NCBI GenBank assembly: GCA_001780285.1
Contig: MFGN01000005.1
Coordinates: forward strand, 138,200-202,199
DNA from: Candidatus Falkowbacteria bacterium RIFOXYD12_FULL_34_57
GTDB taxonomy: Bacteria > Patescibacteriota > Patescibacteriia > Patescibacteriales > UBA12075
Direction: 5' to 3'
DNA: 64,000 bases
Each line of letters starts with the position of its first letter. The stretch's first letter is position 1. The notes under the pieces are model-generated. The model made no database searches. It was given only the letters and a program-made list of their open reading frames with translations, and was not told where the DNA came from. Shown here in pieces: positions 1 through 9,900 of this stretch. The translations under genes and the position numbers were made by a program.

Positions 1-378
1 GATTTATGTGATCATATGAGCACCATGGATTTAAAAGATTTATGCTTCCTAAACAAGGCCCGGGAGAGCTTAGATGATAATTTATGCGAATATATAAAAA
101 TAACAGAAGAAAAAGACGCTTGTTTTTTCTATGTAGCCAGAAATAAAAAAGACGTTCATTTGTGCGCAAAAATGTCAGAAGAGAATGTGGCGGATTGTTA
201 TTCGGGAATTGCCTTGTTGACAGAAAATTTTGATATTTGCAACAGCCCACAAACATTAAGTATAAGAGATAAATGTTATAAAGGTTTAGCTATGGACACA
301 AAAAATTATGAAATTTGCGATAAAATTATTGATAAAAATATACAAGATGAATGTAGAAATAATGAAGATGATGATTAA
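1..378 (+). CDS. hypothetical cysteine-periodic repeat protein, C-terminal fragment (ORF open at window edge)
   Basis: Frame 1 is open from nt 1 (DLCDH...) to the TAA at 376-378. About ten short x-x-C motifs (DLC, DNLC, KDAC, VHLC, VADC, FDIC, RDKC, YEIC, QDEC) recur every 12-17 aa. No family recognised. Confidence 0.5.
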   Translation, partial: DLCDHMSTMDLKDLCFLNKARESLDDNLCEYIKITEEKDACFFYVARNKKDVHLCAKMSEENVADCYSGIALLTENFDICNSPQTLSIRDKCYKGLAMDTKNYEICDKIIDKNIQDECRNNEDDD

Positions 379-415
379 TTTATTTAATATTAGTTAAAAT
401 TTTAAGTTATTCACA

Positions 416-444
416 TTGACAAAATCAGTCTCATATGATATACT
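416..444 (+). promoter_or_regulatory. sigma70-like promoter
   Basis: TTGACA (416-421), 17-nt spacer, TATACT (439-444), upstream of the small ORF at 535. Confidence 0.4.
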
Positions 445-534
445 TAAAATATAAAAATTTTATATTATTAATAAATTAATTTAATAATCAGCCCATAATT
501 AAATTGTGGGCTGGCTGAAAATAAAAACAAAAAA

Positions 535-687
535 ATGCAAAAAGTAAAAAAATGCGGATGCGGTGGCGCATCTTGCGAACCTCAAAAACACACACATATT
601 TTTAACGCCAATTTCTTATTAATAGCTATCACCACCACGGTAACCTATTCGTTTTATATGGTGTGCGCAGTAGCATTTTTGGCATAA
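535..687 (+). CDS. 50-aa small protein, Cys/Gly-rich N-terminus plus hydrophobic C-terminal helix (not in ORF track)
   Basis: ATG 535 to TAA 685-687 translates to MQKVKKCGCGGASCEPQKHTHIFNANFLLIAITTTVTYSFYMVCAVAFLA. A promoter lies upstream and a terminator hairpin downstream. No homology recognised. Confidence 0.35.
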   Translation: MQKVKKCGCGGASCEPQKHTHIFNANFLLIAITTTVTYSFYMVCAVAFLA

Positions 688-713
688 GGATTTATGAACT
701 GATTATATAAAAG

Positions 714-742
714 CAAGGTTTTTCAAAAGCCTTGTTTTTTTT
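714..742 (+). terminator. rho-independent terminator-like hairpin
   Basis: 9-bp stem caaggtttt/aaagccttg (one G-U pair), 3-nt loop, then a T8 run at 735-742. It ends 6 nt before the ATG at 748. Confidence 0.55.
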
Positions 743-747
743 AAAAT

Positions 748-1569
748 ATGGAAATTAATTCTATAGATAAACCAAACACCAAAAAGACTTTTGGAGATTA
801 TTTGAAAATATTAATATATAAACTCGGGGGAACGATGGAAATAGCGATGATCATATTTTTTTGGTTGCTTATTTTTAATAATACCGCCAGCTTTGAAGGA
901 TTTAGCCGTGAAGAAATAATTACCTATATTTTGGTTGGGGGCATTATTGGGCTTTTCGGGGGCTATATGCTTTCTAAAATAATCATACACGGCATCAGCC
1001 ATGAAAGCATTGAACTCTTAATTAAAGACCCCTATCAATACTTTTTAAAAATTTTTAAAAGAAGTTTGGATAAAATGTTTATTCCTTTTGTGTCGGCGGT
1101 ATTTTTGCAGGTCATATTGTTGTATTTTTTGGTGGAGAATATAATTATCAATCTTAACTTGTTTTATTGGGTGGTTATTTTAATCATGATATTTTTATCT
1201 TTAATTTCTGAATTTTTAATGTTTTATCTGTTTAGGATTCTGTTTATTACGAATATTGAATCCAAAGACATTTATCATATTATCGTCAGGTTAAAAAATA
1301 TTTTTGCCGGCAGATATTTTCCTTTAAGTATGTTGGGATTTGTGTTCTTAAATATCAGCCTGTCTCTACCTTTCGCATATTCATTTTTTGTCCCTACTCA
1401 GCTTTATTTGCGGGAAATTGATATTATGGTGGGAGTAGGAGGATTATTTATTCAATTGATATGGATATTTATTTTTTATTGGGCAATCAGATTTTTTTGG
1501 CAGAATAGAAATAAAAAAGAAGAAAAGAAAAAATGGCAGCCGGAGTTTAAAGAATTTCAAAATAATTAG
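748..1569 (+). CDS. polytopic membrane protein, ABC-2-type permease-like
   Basis: 273-aa ORF with about six hydrophobic segments and a Lys-rich tail. Overall resemblance to ABC-2/DUF990-type permease components. No ATPase partner in the window. Confidence 0.5.
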   Translation: MEINSIDKPNTKKTFGDYLKILIYKLGGTMEIAMIIFFWLLIFNNTASFEGFSREEIITYILVGGIIGLFGGYMLSKIIIHGISHESIELLIKDPYQYFLKIFKRSLDKMFIPFVSAVFLQVILLYFLVENIIINLNLFYWVVILIMIFLSLISEFLMFYLFRILFITNIESKDIYHIIVRLKNIFAGRYFPLSMLGFVFLNISLSLPFAYSFFVPTQLYLREIDIMVGVGGLFIQLIWIFIFYWAIRFFWQNRNKKEEKKKWQPEFKEFQNN

Positions 1570-1588
1570 CATAGCAGACATACATAAT

Positions 1589-1792
1589 ATGAAGCCAGAT
1601 TTAAAATTAAAAATTAATATGGAAGGGAATATCAGTAATGCACAATATTTTGTTAAAAATGGAGAATATGTTGATTTGTTTTTACCTTTAAATTTTCAAT
1701 ATATTCTTAGTAATAATTCTTCAAACAATAAAAAAATTAAGAAGCAATGGGATAAAGAGCAAAATATAAAGATTTTAGATAATTGGTTTTAA
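1589..1792 (+). CDS. hypothetical protein (67 aa)
   Basis: ORF only; Asn/Lys-rich, no recognisable motif. Confidence 0.25.
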   Translation: MKPDLKLKINMEGNISNAQYFVKNGEYVDLFLPLNFQYILSNNSSNNKKIKKQWDKEQNIKILDNWF

Positions 1793-1831
1793 TTTTTTAA
1801 TTCTAAATAAATAGAAATTATTGTAAGTATT

Positions 1832-2572
1832 TTATTTTTTAGCGGTAGACCAGAGAAGTTTGAATTGTTCAAGATGAGAAATGCGCAGTTTCTCATTTTT
1901 TATTTCAATAATAAAGGGATCATCAGTAAAAGATTGGATGTTTACGCAATTTGGCCAGATAACAGTAGTTGAGAGGTGAGTCAGATTATAGGGGAGGAAA
2001 CGGGTTTGTTTTAATTGTTTGTTTTTCTGGTGATTCCCGAACTCATTTCTAAATTTTTCATTAGCTAGGTGCTGAGAATAAATTTTTCTTTTAGTGCGCA
2101 GTTTTTCGTATTCTTCATCCATGAATTTATTACCGATAATATCATTGAATTTTCCGGAATAGCCGTTAATAATATGAACTGTTTCTCCTGCGGGAAAATT
2201 GCGGAATTTATTAATAATATATCTTTTAATTTTTTCTCTTCCGTCATAAACATTGATTTCATGTTCATGGCGGCTTTTTTTCATAGATTCTTTTATGGTC
2301 TTTGCCAATCTGACGGCTATGATTTCCTGTTTTTTGGCATTTTCAATCAAAATATCAGGGTTCATGATTTTGTAATGGCTGATTTTGTTTTTGATATTTT
2401 TAAAGACCATATTGCGGTCTTCCAGTTCTTCCAGGGCGTTATAAATACTTTGTCTGTGTAGTTTGAGGTCAGAAATAATAGAGCCTACCGATGTTTCACC
2501 AATTTTTAAGAGACTGAGATAAACCAATATGGCATTATGGCTTAGCCCCATTTTTTGTAGATCTTCTTTCAT
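1832..2572 (-). CDS. TrmB-family HTH transcriptional regulator
   Basis: N-terminal winged-HTH pattern LQKMGLSHNAILVYLSLLKIGETSVGSIISDLKLHRQSIYNALEELEDRNMV. Start moved to the internal MKEDLQK Met (2572); the track start at 2617 adds 15 unlikely residues. Confidence 0.7.
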   Translation of the reverse strand: MKEDLQKMGLSHNAILVYLSLLKIGETSVGSIISDLKLHRQSIYNALEELEDRNMVFKNIKNKISHYKIMNPDILIENAKKQEIIAVRLAKTIKESMKKSRHEHEINVYDGREKIKRYIINKFRNFPAGETVHIINGYSGKFNDIIGNKFMDEEYEKLRTKRKIYSQHLANEKFRNEFGNHQKNKQLKQTRFLPYNLTHLSTTVIWPNCVNIQSFTDDPFIIEIKNEKLRISHLEQFKLLWSTAKK

Positions 2573-2638
2573 ATTAGTAGTACGGATGTGTACGGATTCT
2601 ATAACGAATACATACAAATCACAGATTATTTTTTTTGT

Positions 2639-2718
2639 GTCATTCTGAACTTGATTCAGAATCTATGAGGTGCTCAAAAAGTTTTACTATGTGGATTCTG
2701 AATCAAGTTCAGAATGAC
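2639..2718. repeat. GTCATTCTGA-family palindromic element, copy 1
   Basis: Perfect 25-bp inverted arms gtcattctgaacttgattcagaatc (2639-2663) and gattctgaatcaagttcagaatgac (2694-2718) around a 30-nt spacer. Each arm is itself a small palindrome (ttctgaa/ttcagaa). Confidence 0.9.
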
Positions 2719-2881
2719 AGAGAAGGGGGGTAATTTTTAAAAATTTATTTTTTTGAAAAAAATCTAAAAAAAGTAATGATTTTAAAGGGTATTTAGGGGT
2801 GTCTAAATTTTTTTGACAATAAAATTATTATTTAGCTAATTATAGTATTAGTATATATCAAAAATGATTAGTTGTCAAGTA

Positions 2882-2927
2882 TTGTCAACCAAAAAAGGTT
2901 GACAAGTTTTAAAAAGTGCGCTATAGT
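2882..2927 (+). promoter_or_regulatory. promoter with overlapping palindromic operator for the nucleotide operon
   Basis: TTGACA (2899-2904), 17 nt, TATAGT (2922-2927). A perfect 9-bp inverted repeat ttgtcaacc (2882-2890) / ggttgacaa (2897-2905) overlaps the -35. An extra ttgtcaa half-site lies just upstream. Confidence 0.55.
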
Positions 2928-3004
2928 GTTTGTGTTAAGAGAGAAATGAAAGAAAAATTTTTGTTCTTTACAATTTAAATTTTTAATTCAAAAAGGAGGA
3001 AATT

Positions 3005-3634
3005 ATGCAGGTAGGATTACCCAAGGGGCACCTGAAAGAAAATATTATTAGGATTTTGTCAGAAAGCGGAATTACTTTTACCTTTAAAAATGATCGTGAT
3101 TATCGCCCTGTTTGCAATTTGTCCTGGATTGAAGCTAAAATGTTTCGGGCCGGAGCAATTCCCCAACTTGTATCTTTGGGAAAAGTCGATATGGGATTTT
3201 GCGGACTGGATTTGGTTCGGGAAAAAGATTATGAAAATGTTTGTGTGATTTATGATTTGGGTCTTAATCCGGTAAGGCTGATGGTCGCTGTCCACGAATC
3301 TCAGAAAGGTATTCTGGATTATCCCCCCGAGCGTCCCTTGATTATTGCCACTGAGTATGAATCTTTGGCTGCTAGGTGGGCTTTCGAAAAAGGATTGAGC
3401 CATATCACTGTTCAGACCCATGGTTCTACCGAGGCATATGCTCCGGAACATGCTGATATTATTTTTGATTGTGTGGAAACAGGGGTTACCATGAAAGCTA
3501 ATAATTTGGTTATCGTTGATGAGATTTTAGATAGTACTACGCATTTAGTGGCTAATAAATTTTCTCTTCGTAATAGATATCTAAGTGAACAGATAGAAGA
3601 AGTTGTGGAAAAAATACGTAGGAGCAATCACTAA
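3005..3634 (+). CDS. hisG: ATP phosphoribosyltransferase-like protein (short-form HisG family)
   Basis: Strong SD (aaaggagga) 7 nt upstream. Collinear with HisG: LPKG..., DMGFCGLDL, RLMVAV, IATEY, and the near-signature EAYAPEHADIIFDCVETGVTM. No other his genes in the window. Confidence 0.7.
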   Translation: MQVGLPKGHLKENIIRILSESGITFTFKNDRDYRPVCNLSWIEAKMFRAGAIPQLVSLGKVDMGFCGLDLVREKDYENVCVIYDLGLNPVRLMVAVHESQKGILDYPPERPLIIATEYESLAARWAFEKGLSHITVQTHGSTEAYAPEHADIIFDCVETGVTMKANNLVIVDEILDSTTHLVANKFSLRNRYLSEQIEEVVEKIRRSNH

Positions 3635-3673
3635 TTAACTAAATTAAAAATTATGACAAAAAAGGAGAAAAAA

Positions 3674-4924
3674 ATGAGCATCAACGTTATTATCGGAGCC
3701 CAGTGGGGCGATGAGGGTAAGGGGAAACACGGCGATATTATTTCGGAAAAAGCAGATTATATGGTTCGTTTTCAGGGCGGCGCTAATGCCGGGCATACTT
3801 TGGTAATTGACGGAGAGAAGATTATTATGCATCTTTTGCCGGTAGGTATCATGCGTCCTAGTGTTGTTAATCTGGTCGGTCCTTATGTCTTGATGGATTT
3901 AGAAGTTCTGGAAGAGGAATTAGCAATTGCTAAAAAATGTGGCGCTAAAATTATTCTGGATAGTTCTGCTCCGGTAGTTTTACCGATTCATAAGCAGATT
4001 GACCGGGGTCGTGAAAAATTAGCCGGTAAGAGTGCTATTGGTACGACTCAGAGGGGCATCGGTCCGACTTATGAAGATTTTTGGTCTCGTCGTTTTGTGA
4101 AATTGGGTGATCTGGTGAGTAAAGAAAGGTTTAGTAAAGCTTTACTTCAGAGCGGATATCTTCAAGAAAAGACAGCTCAGGTTAAATTTTTGCGCGAAAA
4201 TCCTTGGAGTCATAAAAAGTTATTGGAATGGGGTGATAAGTTCTATGATTTAATCAAACCCTTTTTGGGAGATACCAGGGCTATTGTAGCAAAAGCCATT
4301 GCCGAAAAGAAGAATATTCTTTTTGAAGGGGCGCAGGGAGTTATGCTTGACGCTCTGCATGGAGCTCATCCCTATTGTACTTCTTCCTTTTGTACTTTGG
4401 CTGCAGTTAACGCCAGTTTCGGAGTTTATAATTTTGATCGAGTAATCGGGATTGCTAAGGCTTATGTAACTCGTGTCGGAGCCGGTCCTTTTCCCACAAA
4501 ATTGGATAATTCCATTGGTGAAAATATCAGGACTGTCGGAGCAGAGTTCGGTGCTACCACTGGTCGGCCCAGAGATTGTGGCTGGCTCGATTTGGTAGCT
4601 CTTAAATACGCTTGTCGGATGGGGGGGGTAACAGAATTGCAGATCACTAAATTGGACGTAATGACCGGTCTGAAAGAAATTAAAGTTTGCGTGGGATATG
4701 AAGATGTGGATGAATACGCCTCACTTACTCTTGATGTTTTGGAAAATGCTAAACCAGTATACAATGTATTTCCGGTTTGGGAAGACGATATTTCGAAAGT
4801 AAGTGAATATGATAAACTCCCGCCGGAAGCAAAAGAATATTTGGCATTTTTGGAAAATTTCCTTGGTGTACGGATCTCTGCTGTCGGAGTCGGTCCTGAC
4901 CGTAAACAGATTCTTTACTGTTAA
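3674..4924 (+). CDS. purA: adenylosuccinate synthetase
   Basis: GAQWGDEGKGK P-loop, GGANAGHT, TTQRGIGP, GTTGRPR motifs. Start set at 3674 (AAGGAG SD upstream) rather than the track start 3653. Confidence 0.95.
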   Translation: MSINVIIGAQWGDEGKGKHGDIISEKADYMVRFQGGANAGHTLVIDGEKIIMHLLPVGIMRPSVVNLVGPYVLMDLEVLEEELAIAKKCGAKIILDSSAPVVLPIHKQIDRGREKLAGKSAIGTTQRGIGPTYEDFWSRRFVKLGDLVSKERFSKALLQSGYLQEKTAQVKFLRENPWSHKKLLEWGDKFYDLIKPFLGDTRAIVAKAIAEKKNILFEGAQGVMLDALHGAHPYCTSSFCTLAAVNASFGVYNFDRVIGIAKAYVTRVGAGPFPTKLDNSIGENIRTVGAEFGATTGRPRDCGWLDLVALKYACRMGGVTELQITKLDVMTGLKEIKVCVGYEDVDEYASLTLDVLENAKPVYNVFPVWEDDISKVSEYDKLPPEAKEYLAFLENFLGVRISAVGVGPDRKQILYC

Positions 4925-4986
4925 ACAAAATAAAAGGGCTTACGTAGAAAATGCGTAAGCCTTAAAATTTTCATAGAGGAGATAAA

Positions 4987-5865
4987 ATGATTGATATTAA
5001 TAAGCTTACGGAAGAAGAGTTTAAAGCATTACCCTCAGTAGCTGAAGGTGAAAGTAAAGAAGTTCGTTATGCCGGTAAGGGATTGGTGGTTATTCGTTTT
5101 AAACCTACGATTTATAGTTTTACTGCTAATCGTTGCGGTGTGGTTCCTGGATCTGATATTTTAAGACTTCGGGCTAGTAAGGTTTTTTTGGAGCTTTTTC
5201 GGCAGAAAGGGATTAAACATGCTTATCGGGAAATTAATGATAAGTGGGTCTTGTCTGATTTAATATTACAACCCGGGACAGAGCTGAATCCCCACCCTTT
5301 CAGACCCGATGATATGAATAAAGAAGAAATTGCTAAACTAGCTGTTGCTGCTCCGATTGAAATAGTTGTAAAGAATATGCATACCGGCACATCCAAACAT
5401 CGTTATTATGGAATGATCGGTCATCCGATTAGAAAAAGTCATAATTTTTATCCTGGATTTACCTTTGAAGGAGATGGCGCTTATCCGGAGACAGTAGTTC
5501 GTTTTGATTGGCGTAATCCTTTAAAAGATAACAATGGTAACCGTTTGGCAGATGAGATTCTACCTGATGAATTAGCGGACTGGTATATTAATACTAAAAA
5601 GGCCAGAGGAACAGCCCTTAAAGTGGGAGATGTTGTGGCCGAATTCTTAAATGAATATGATATTGTTTTTTATGACCTTTGTTTGTTCATTACAGAAGAC
5701 GGTGAAACTGTTTTTGGTGAGATTAGTCAGGATTGTGGCCGGTATCGTCATTTTGACCTTGGATCTCTGGATAAAGATGCCTGGCGTGCCGGAGGGTCAA
5801 GCGAGATAGTTTTGAAAAAGTGGGATTTGCTTTTAAAATATATTACCGACAAAGGAGGGGAATAA
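4987..5865 (+). CDS. purC: SAICAR synthetase-like (PurC family) protein, divergent
   Basis: By-eye collinearity with PurC: EGESKEVRY (vs GKAKTVY), IEIVVKNMHTGT (vs VECVVRNRAAGS), FYDLCLF...GEISQDCGRYR (vs LVDFKLEFG...DEFSPDGSRLW), DKDAWR (vs DKDRFR). SD GAGGAG upstream. Confidence 0.55.
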   Translation: MIDINKLTEEEFKALPSVAEGESKEVRYAGKGLVVIRFKPTIYSFTANRCGVVPGSDILRLRASKVFLELFRQKGIKHAYREINDKWVLSDLILQPGTELNPHPFRPDDMNKEEIAKLAVAAPIEIVVKNMHTGTSKHRYYGMIGHPIRKSHNFYPGFTFEGDGAYPETVVRFDWRNPLKDNNGNRLADEILPDELADWYINTKKARGTALKVGDVVAEFLNEYDIVFYDLCLFITEDGETVFGEISQDCGRYRHFDLGSLDKDAWRAGGSSEIVLKKWDLLLKYITDKGGE

Positions 5866-5866
5866 A

Positions 5867-6523
5867 TTGAAAAAGTTTTTTATTGGTACGACCAATCCGA
5901 ACAAGATAAGGGAAATCGGTGGAATACTGCGATCTACGGGTTGTGAATTTGAGCCCATTGGTACAGTAGATCCGGAAGAAACTGAAGATAATTTTGAAGG
6001 CAACGCTATTATTAAGGCTTTAGCTTATGCAAAAGCCAGTAGAGGCATCACTATTTCAGAGGATTCCGGAATTCTGATTCCGTCTCTGAATAATTTACCC
6101 GGTCCTTGGTCAGCCAGATTTAGTGATTGTAAACTGGAAAAAGAAAATGGTATCTATCGGATTCTGGAATATCATGAAAGTGCTTTATCCCGTGAAGATA
6201 TTGATCGTAAGAACAATGAATTGGTATTGGATTTGATGAAAGATGTTCCCTTTTCCAAGCGAGTAGCAAAATTTTGTGTGATTTTGATTGTGGCTAATGA
6301 AAGAGGAAATATTCTTTTTAAGGCAAGCGGCGAAAGTACGGGGTGGATTAGTACGGAAATGCATGGAATGAATGGTTTCGGGTATGATCCGATATTTGTT
6401 GGGGGTGACACTCATGGTAAAACCTATGCGGAACTTGATAACATGAGAAAGAATCTCAGAAGTCATCGAAAAAAGGTTTTGGATGAATTTAAAGCCTGGT
6501 TGGGATTTTATTTGAAAAAATGA
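5867..6523 (+). CDS. rdgB: non-canonical purine NTP pyrophosphatase (RdgB/Ham1 family)
   Basis: GTTNPNKIREI, SEDSGIL, GFGYDPIF and SHR motifs. TTG start with GGAGGGG SD; abuts the stop of the upstream gene. Confidence 0.9.
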   Translation: MKKFFIGTTNPNKIREIGGILRSTGCEFEPIGTVDPEETEDNFEGNAIIKALAYAKASRGITISEDSGILIPSLNNLPGPWSARFSDCKLEKENGIYRILEYHESALSREDIDRKNNELVLDLMKDVPFSKRVAKFCVILIVANERGNILFKASGESTGWISTEMHGMNGFGYDPIFVGGDTHGKTYAELDNMRKNLRSHRKKVLDEFKAWLGFYLKK

Positions 6524-6888
6524 AAATTATAATTGATGGTAATGACGGAGTAGGGAAGAGTACTTTGGTGCTTTCCTTGAAAGATTTGGGATATGAGGTT
6601 TCTGACAGAGGACTTCCCACTATCATGACCGATGATCCAAATACTGAATTAAAGCAAAATGAAATTTATATTATTCTGGATGTTTCGGTTGAGATTTCTC
6701 AAAAGAGACTTCTGGAAGCCGGTAAGGATTTGAATGAAAGATATCATTGTTTGGATGATTTGAAATATTATCGGGAAAAATTTCTGGAAATACAAAAAAA
6801 ATTACCTTTTTCAGTATTAATTGATGCTTCTGTTTCGAAGCAAGAAGTATTACAGAATTCTTTGGAGTTTATAAAAAAATTTTTATAA
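6520..6888 (+). CDS. small P-loop nucleotide/nucleoside kinase-like protein
   Basis: N-terminal IIIDGNDGVGKST resembles the thymidylate/deoxynucleoside kinase P-loop. Only 122 aa. ATGA start/stop overlap with rdgB. Confidence 0.5.
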   Translation: MKIIIDGNDGVGKSTLVLSLKDLGYEVSDRGLPTIMTDDPNTELKQNEIYIILDVSVEISQKRLLEAGKDLNERYHCLDDLKYYREKFLEIQKKLPFSVLIDASVSKQEVLQNSLEFIKKFL

Positions 6889-6895
6889 AAATAAT

Positions 6896-6925
6896 AAAAC
6901 CGTTCTAAAATAGAACGGTTTTTAT
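6896..6925. terminator. bidirectional rho-independent terminator
   Basis: Hairpin aaccgttc-taaaata-gaacggtt flanked by an A-run and a T-run, between convergent genes. Confidence 0.7.
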
Positions 6926-6940
6926 ATTGAAGAAAACTTT

Positions 6941-9900
6941 TTATTCGGATATCTTCATTTTATCCTTGCATAGGCCGATATAGATGATGGGGATTACTAC
7001 CAGGGTAAGGATAGTAGAGAAAATTAATCCAAAAATTACAGTAAGGCTTAAGCCGCGCCACATTTCATCAGCATAGATCAATGGGAAAATACCGGCGATA
7101 GTGGTGATGGATGTCAGGAATATCGGCTGCATGCGGGTGACGCCGGCATCGATGATCGCTCCGAAGAATTCCATGCCGTGGCTGATGTTTTTGTTTATAC
7201 GATCGATCAGCACAATGGCGTCATTGACTACGATGCCGGCCAATGAGACAATACCGATAAATGCCGGAAAAGAAAATGGCTGCCCGCAAATATTCAGGCC
7301 GATAATTACGCCGATGATGGCTAGCGGTAGAGAAAAAATAATGATAAACGGCTGTTTAAACGAATTGAATTGTAAAACCAATATAAAGGCAATTAAGATT
7401 ACTGCCACAATCATAGAGTAAAAAATTTCACTGAATGATTTTTGAATATCTTCGGTTTCCCCGCCAACTTTAATAGATACGCCCTTTGGCAGATTTAATT
7501 CTTTTTGAAATTTATCAAATTGGCCCATTATGTTTTGCAGATTTACCCCTTCTTTGGTGTAGGCCGAAACTATTACCACGGTTTCACCATCGCGGTGTTT
7601 AATAGAGAGCAGGGATGGGTTCAGGCTTATTGAGGCGACTTGTTTCAATTGAATTGTCTCTCCCGTGTTTGTAAAAAGCAGAATGTTTTCTAGGTCGTTT
7701 ACAGTATTAAAAGATTGCTCTTCATATTTTACTGTAATATCAATAGTTTCGCCATCGCGAGTTATGTCTCCGGCATTGGCTCCGAAAACCGCATTTCTTA
7801 GAGTGGATGCAATACCACTAATGCTTAACCCATAATAATTAGCTTTTTGTTTATCGACTACAAAAGTGAACTCTCCAGAAGCGTTTTCTAGATTATTTTT
7901 AATGTTAACTACGCCAGGCACAGAGGAGAGGAAGCCTTGAATTTCTCTAGCTAAATTTGAAAGGTCTTTCATTTCGTCTCCGAAAATGCGGATTTCAATC
8001 GGTGCTCCGCTTGGGGGTCCTGCGCTTAATTCTTCTACGGTTACCTTGGCGCCTTGTATGGTTTCTAATTCCGGCCTAAGGCTTTCTGAAATTTCAAAAC
8101 TTTTTCTTTTGCGTTTTTCAGAATCAACTAAATTAACTGTAATGTTTGCCAGATGGGTTCCGTTTCCGCCCCCCGAACCATACCCCAGAGACGCAGTAGA
8201 TCCAATATTTACAACATAATTATCCAGTTCCGGCACTCTGGATATTATTTTTTCTGTTTCTTTTGATATTTCTTCTGTTTTTTCTAAAACAGAACCCACG
8301 GGAAGCTCGATATTTACTACAAAATAATCAATATCTACCTTTGGGAACATCTCTATTTTCATAATTCCGGATATGGGGGTAGCTACAGCTAAAATAAAAA
8401 GGATAACAAAAATTGTGATAACTTTTCTTCTTTTGTTTTTGTGCGGTAATGTTTTTTGGAGGAAATTAATATATTTGATTTGAATTTTGTTAAAAATAGT
8501 TTCTACTCTTTTTTTCCTTTTTGAATTTTCTTGATGTTTTTGCTCTCCTTTCATGAAGCGGGTGGCAAGCGCAGGAACCACTGCTAGCGCCACAAATAAG
8601 CTGGAGAGCAGGGTGGTGGTGATGGTTTTTGGCAAGATAGACATATATTCTCCCATAATGCCGGAGACAAGAAGCATGGGCAGGAAGGCGGCAACGGTGG
8701 TCATGGTGCCAGAGATGATAGCCCATTTAAAGTTCCAAACAGAAAGAATGGCCGCTTCAAATATAGATTTTTTATGTTGGGATATATATTCGTTTATTCC
8801 CTCAATAACTATAATAGCATTATCAACCATTAACCCAAGAGAAAGCACCAATGAAAAAAGCACCATGCTATTTAAAGTCATTCCCTGTATTTTTAGGGCT
8901 GAAAAAGTAATTAAAAAGGCGATGGGTATAGATAATGCGGTGATTATAGCTCCGTTCAAGCTTAGAATTAGCATTAGTATCAAGGCAATAAGCACCATAG
9001 TTTGAAGTCCGCTAGACCCCAAAGTATGAATATCTTTTTTTATAAAAACTGAGTTATCGTTTGTTTTTATGATTTGCAGATTTTTCGGAATTATTCCTTT
9101 TTCGTATAGTTCATCAATTTTTGCACCAGAATCTTTTACGATATTTAAAATATTTCCGCCGGTTTTTTTGTATATTTGCAGGGAAATGGTTTGTTTTGAT
9201 TCTTGATTTTTGAGACCAATTCTTGATTTACTATTTTTTTCTTTTATACCTTCTTTAACTAAGGCAATATCTTTTAGAAATACGGGGGAGTTGTTGTATG
9301 TTGTAATCACCACATTGTTTAAATCTATAGCATCCAAGAATTTACCCTTAACCCGCACATCATATTTAAATCCGTCTACTTCTATGTTTCCCGAAGGAAG
9401 ACTGAAATTGTTGGTGTGAATAGCATTTACAATCTGACCCATGGATATGTTGAAATAAGCTAATTTGGTTTGATGCACCATGATTTGAAACTCTTTTTCT
9501 ATACCGCCGATAATTCGGCTTTCCGAAACATTTTTGATATTTTCAAAATTTTCTTGGCAGATGTCCGCATATTTTTTTAACTCTTCTTCTGTATAATCCC
9601 CAAGCAGTGAGTATGTGATAATGGGAAGATCGTTAAAATTTATTTCACTAACTATCGGATTTTCAGCCATCTCCGGAAGCTCCGACTCGACATTATCTAC
9701 TTCCTCTCGGAGTTTGCGAAAAGATTCCCGCAGGTCGGCACTGGCTTCAAATTCTATAAAGATAGAAGAGAATCCTTCACCGGAAGAAGATTCAAATTTA
9801 TTGACATTATCCAAGTTTTCAATTTTCTTTTCCAGTTTTTTTGTGATCATTTCTTCTATGTCTTTTGGATTTGCTCCCGGGTAAACTGTTGTTACTATCG

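Noticed and set aside
3005-3634. Interpreting the HisG-like gene as evidence for histidine biosynthesis
   Set aside because: No other his gene is adjacent and the operon partners are purine-nucleotide enzymes. Only the family assignment is kept.
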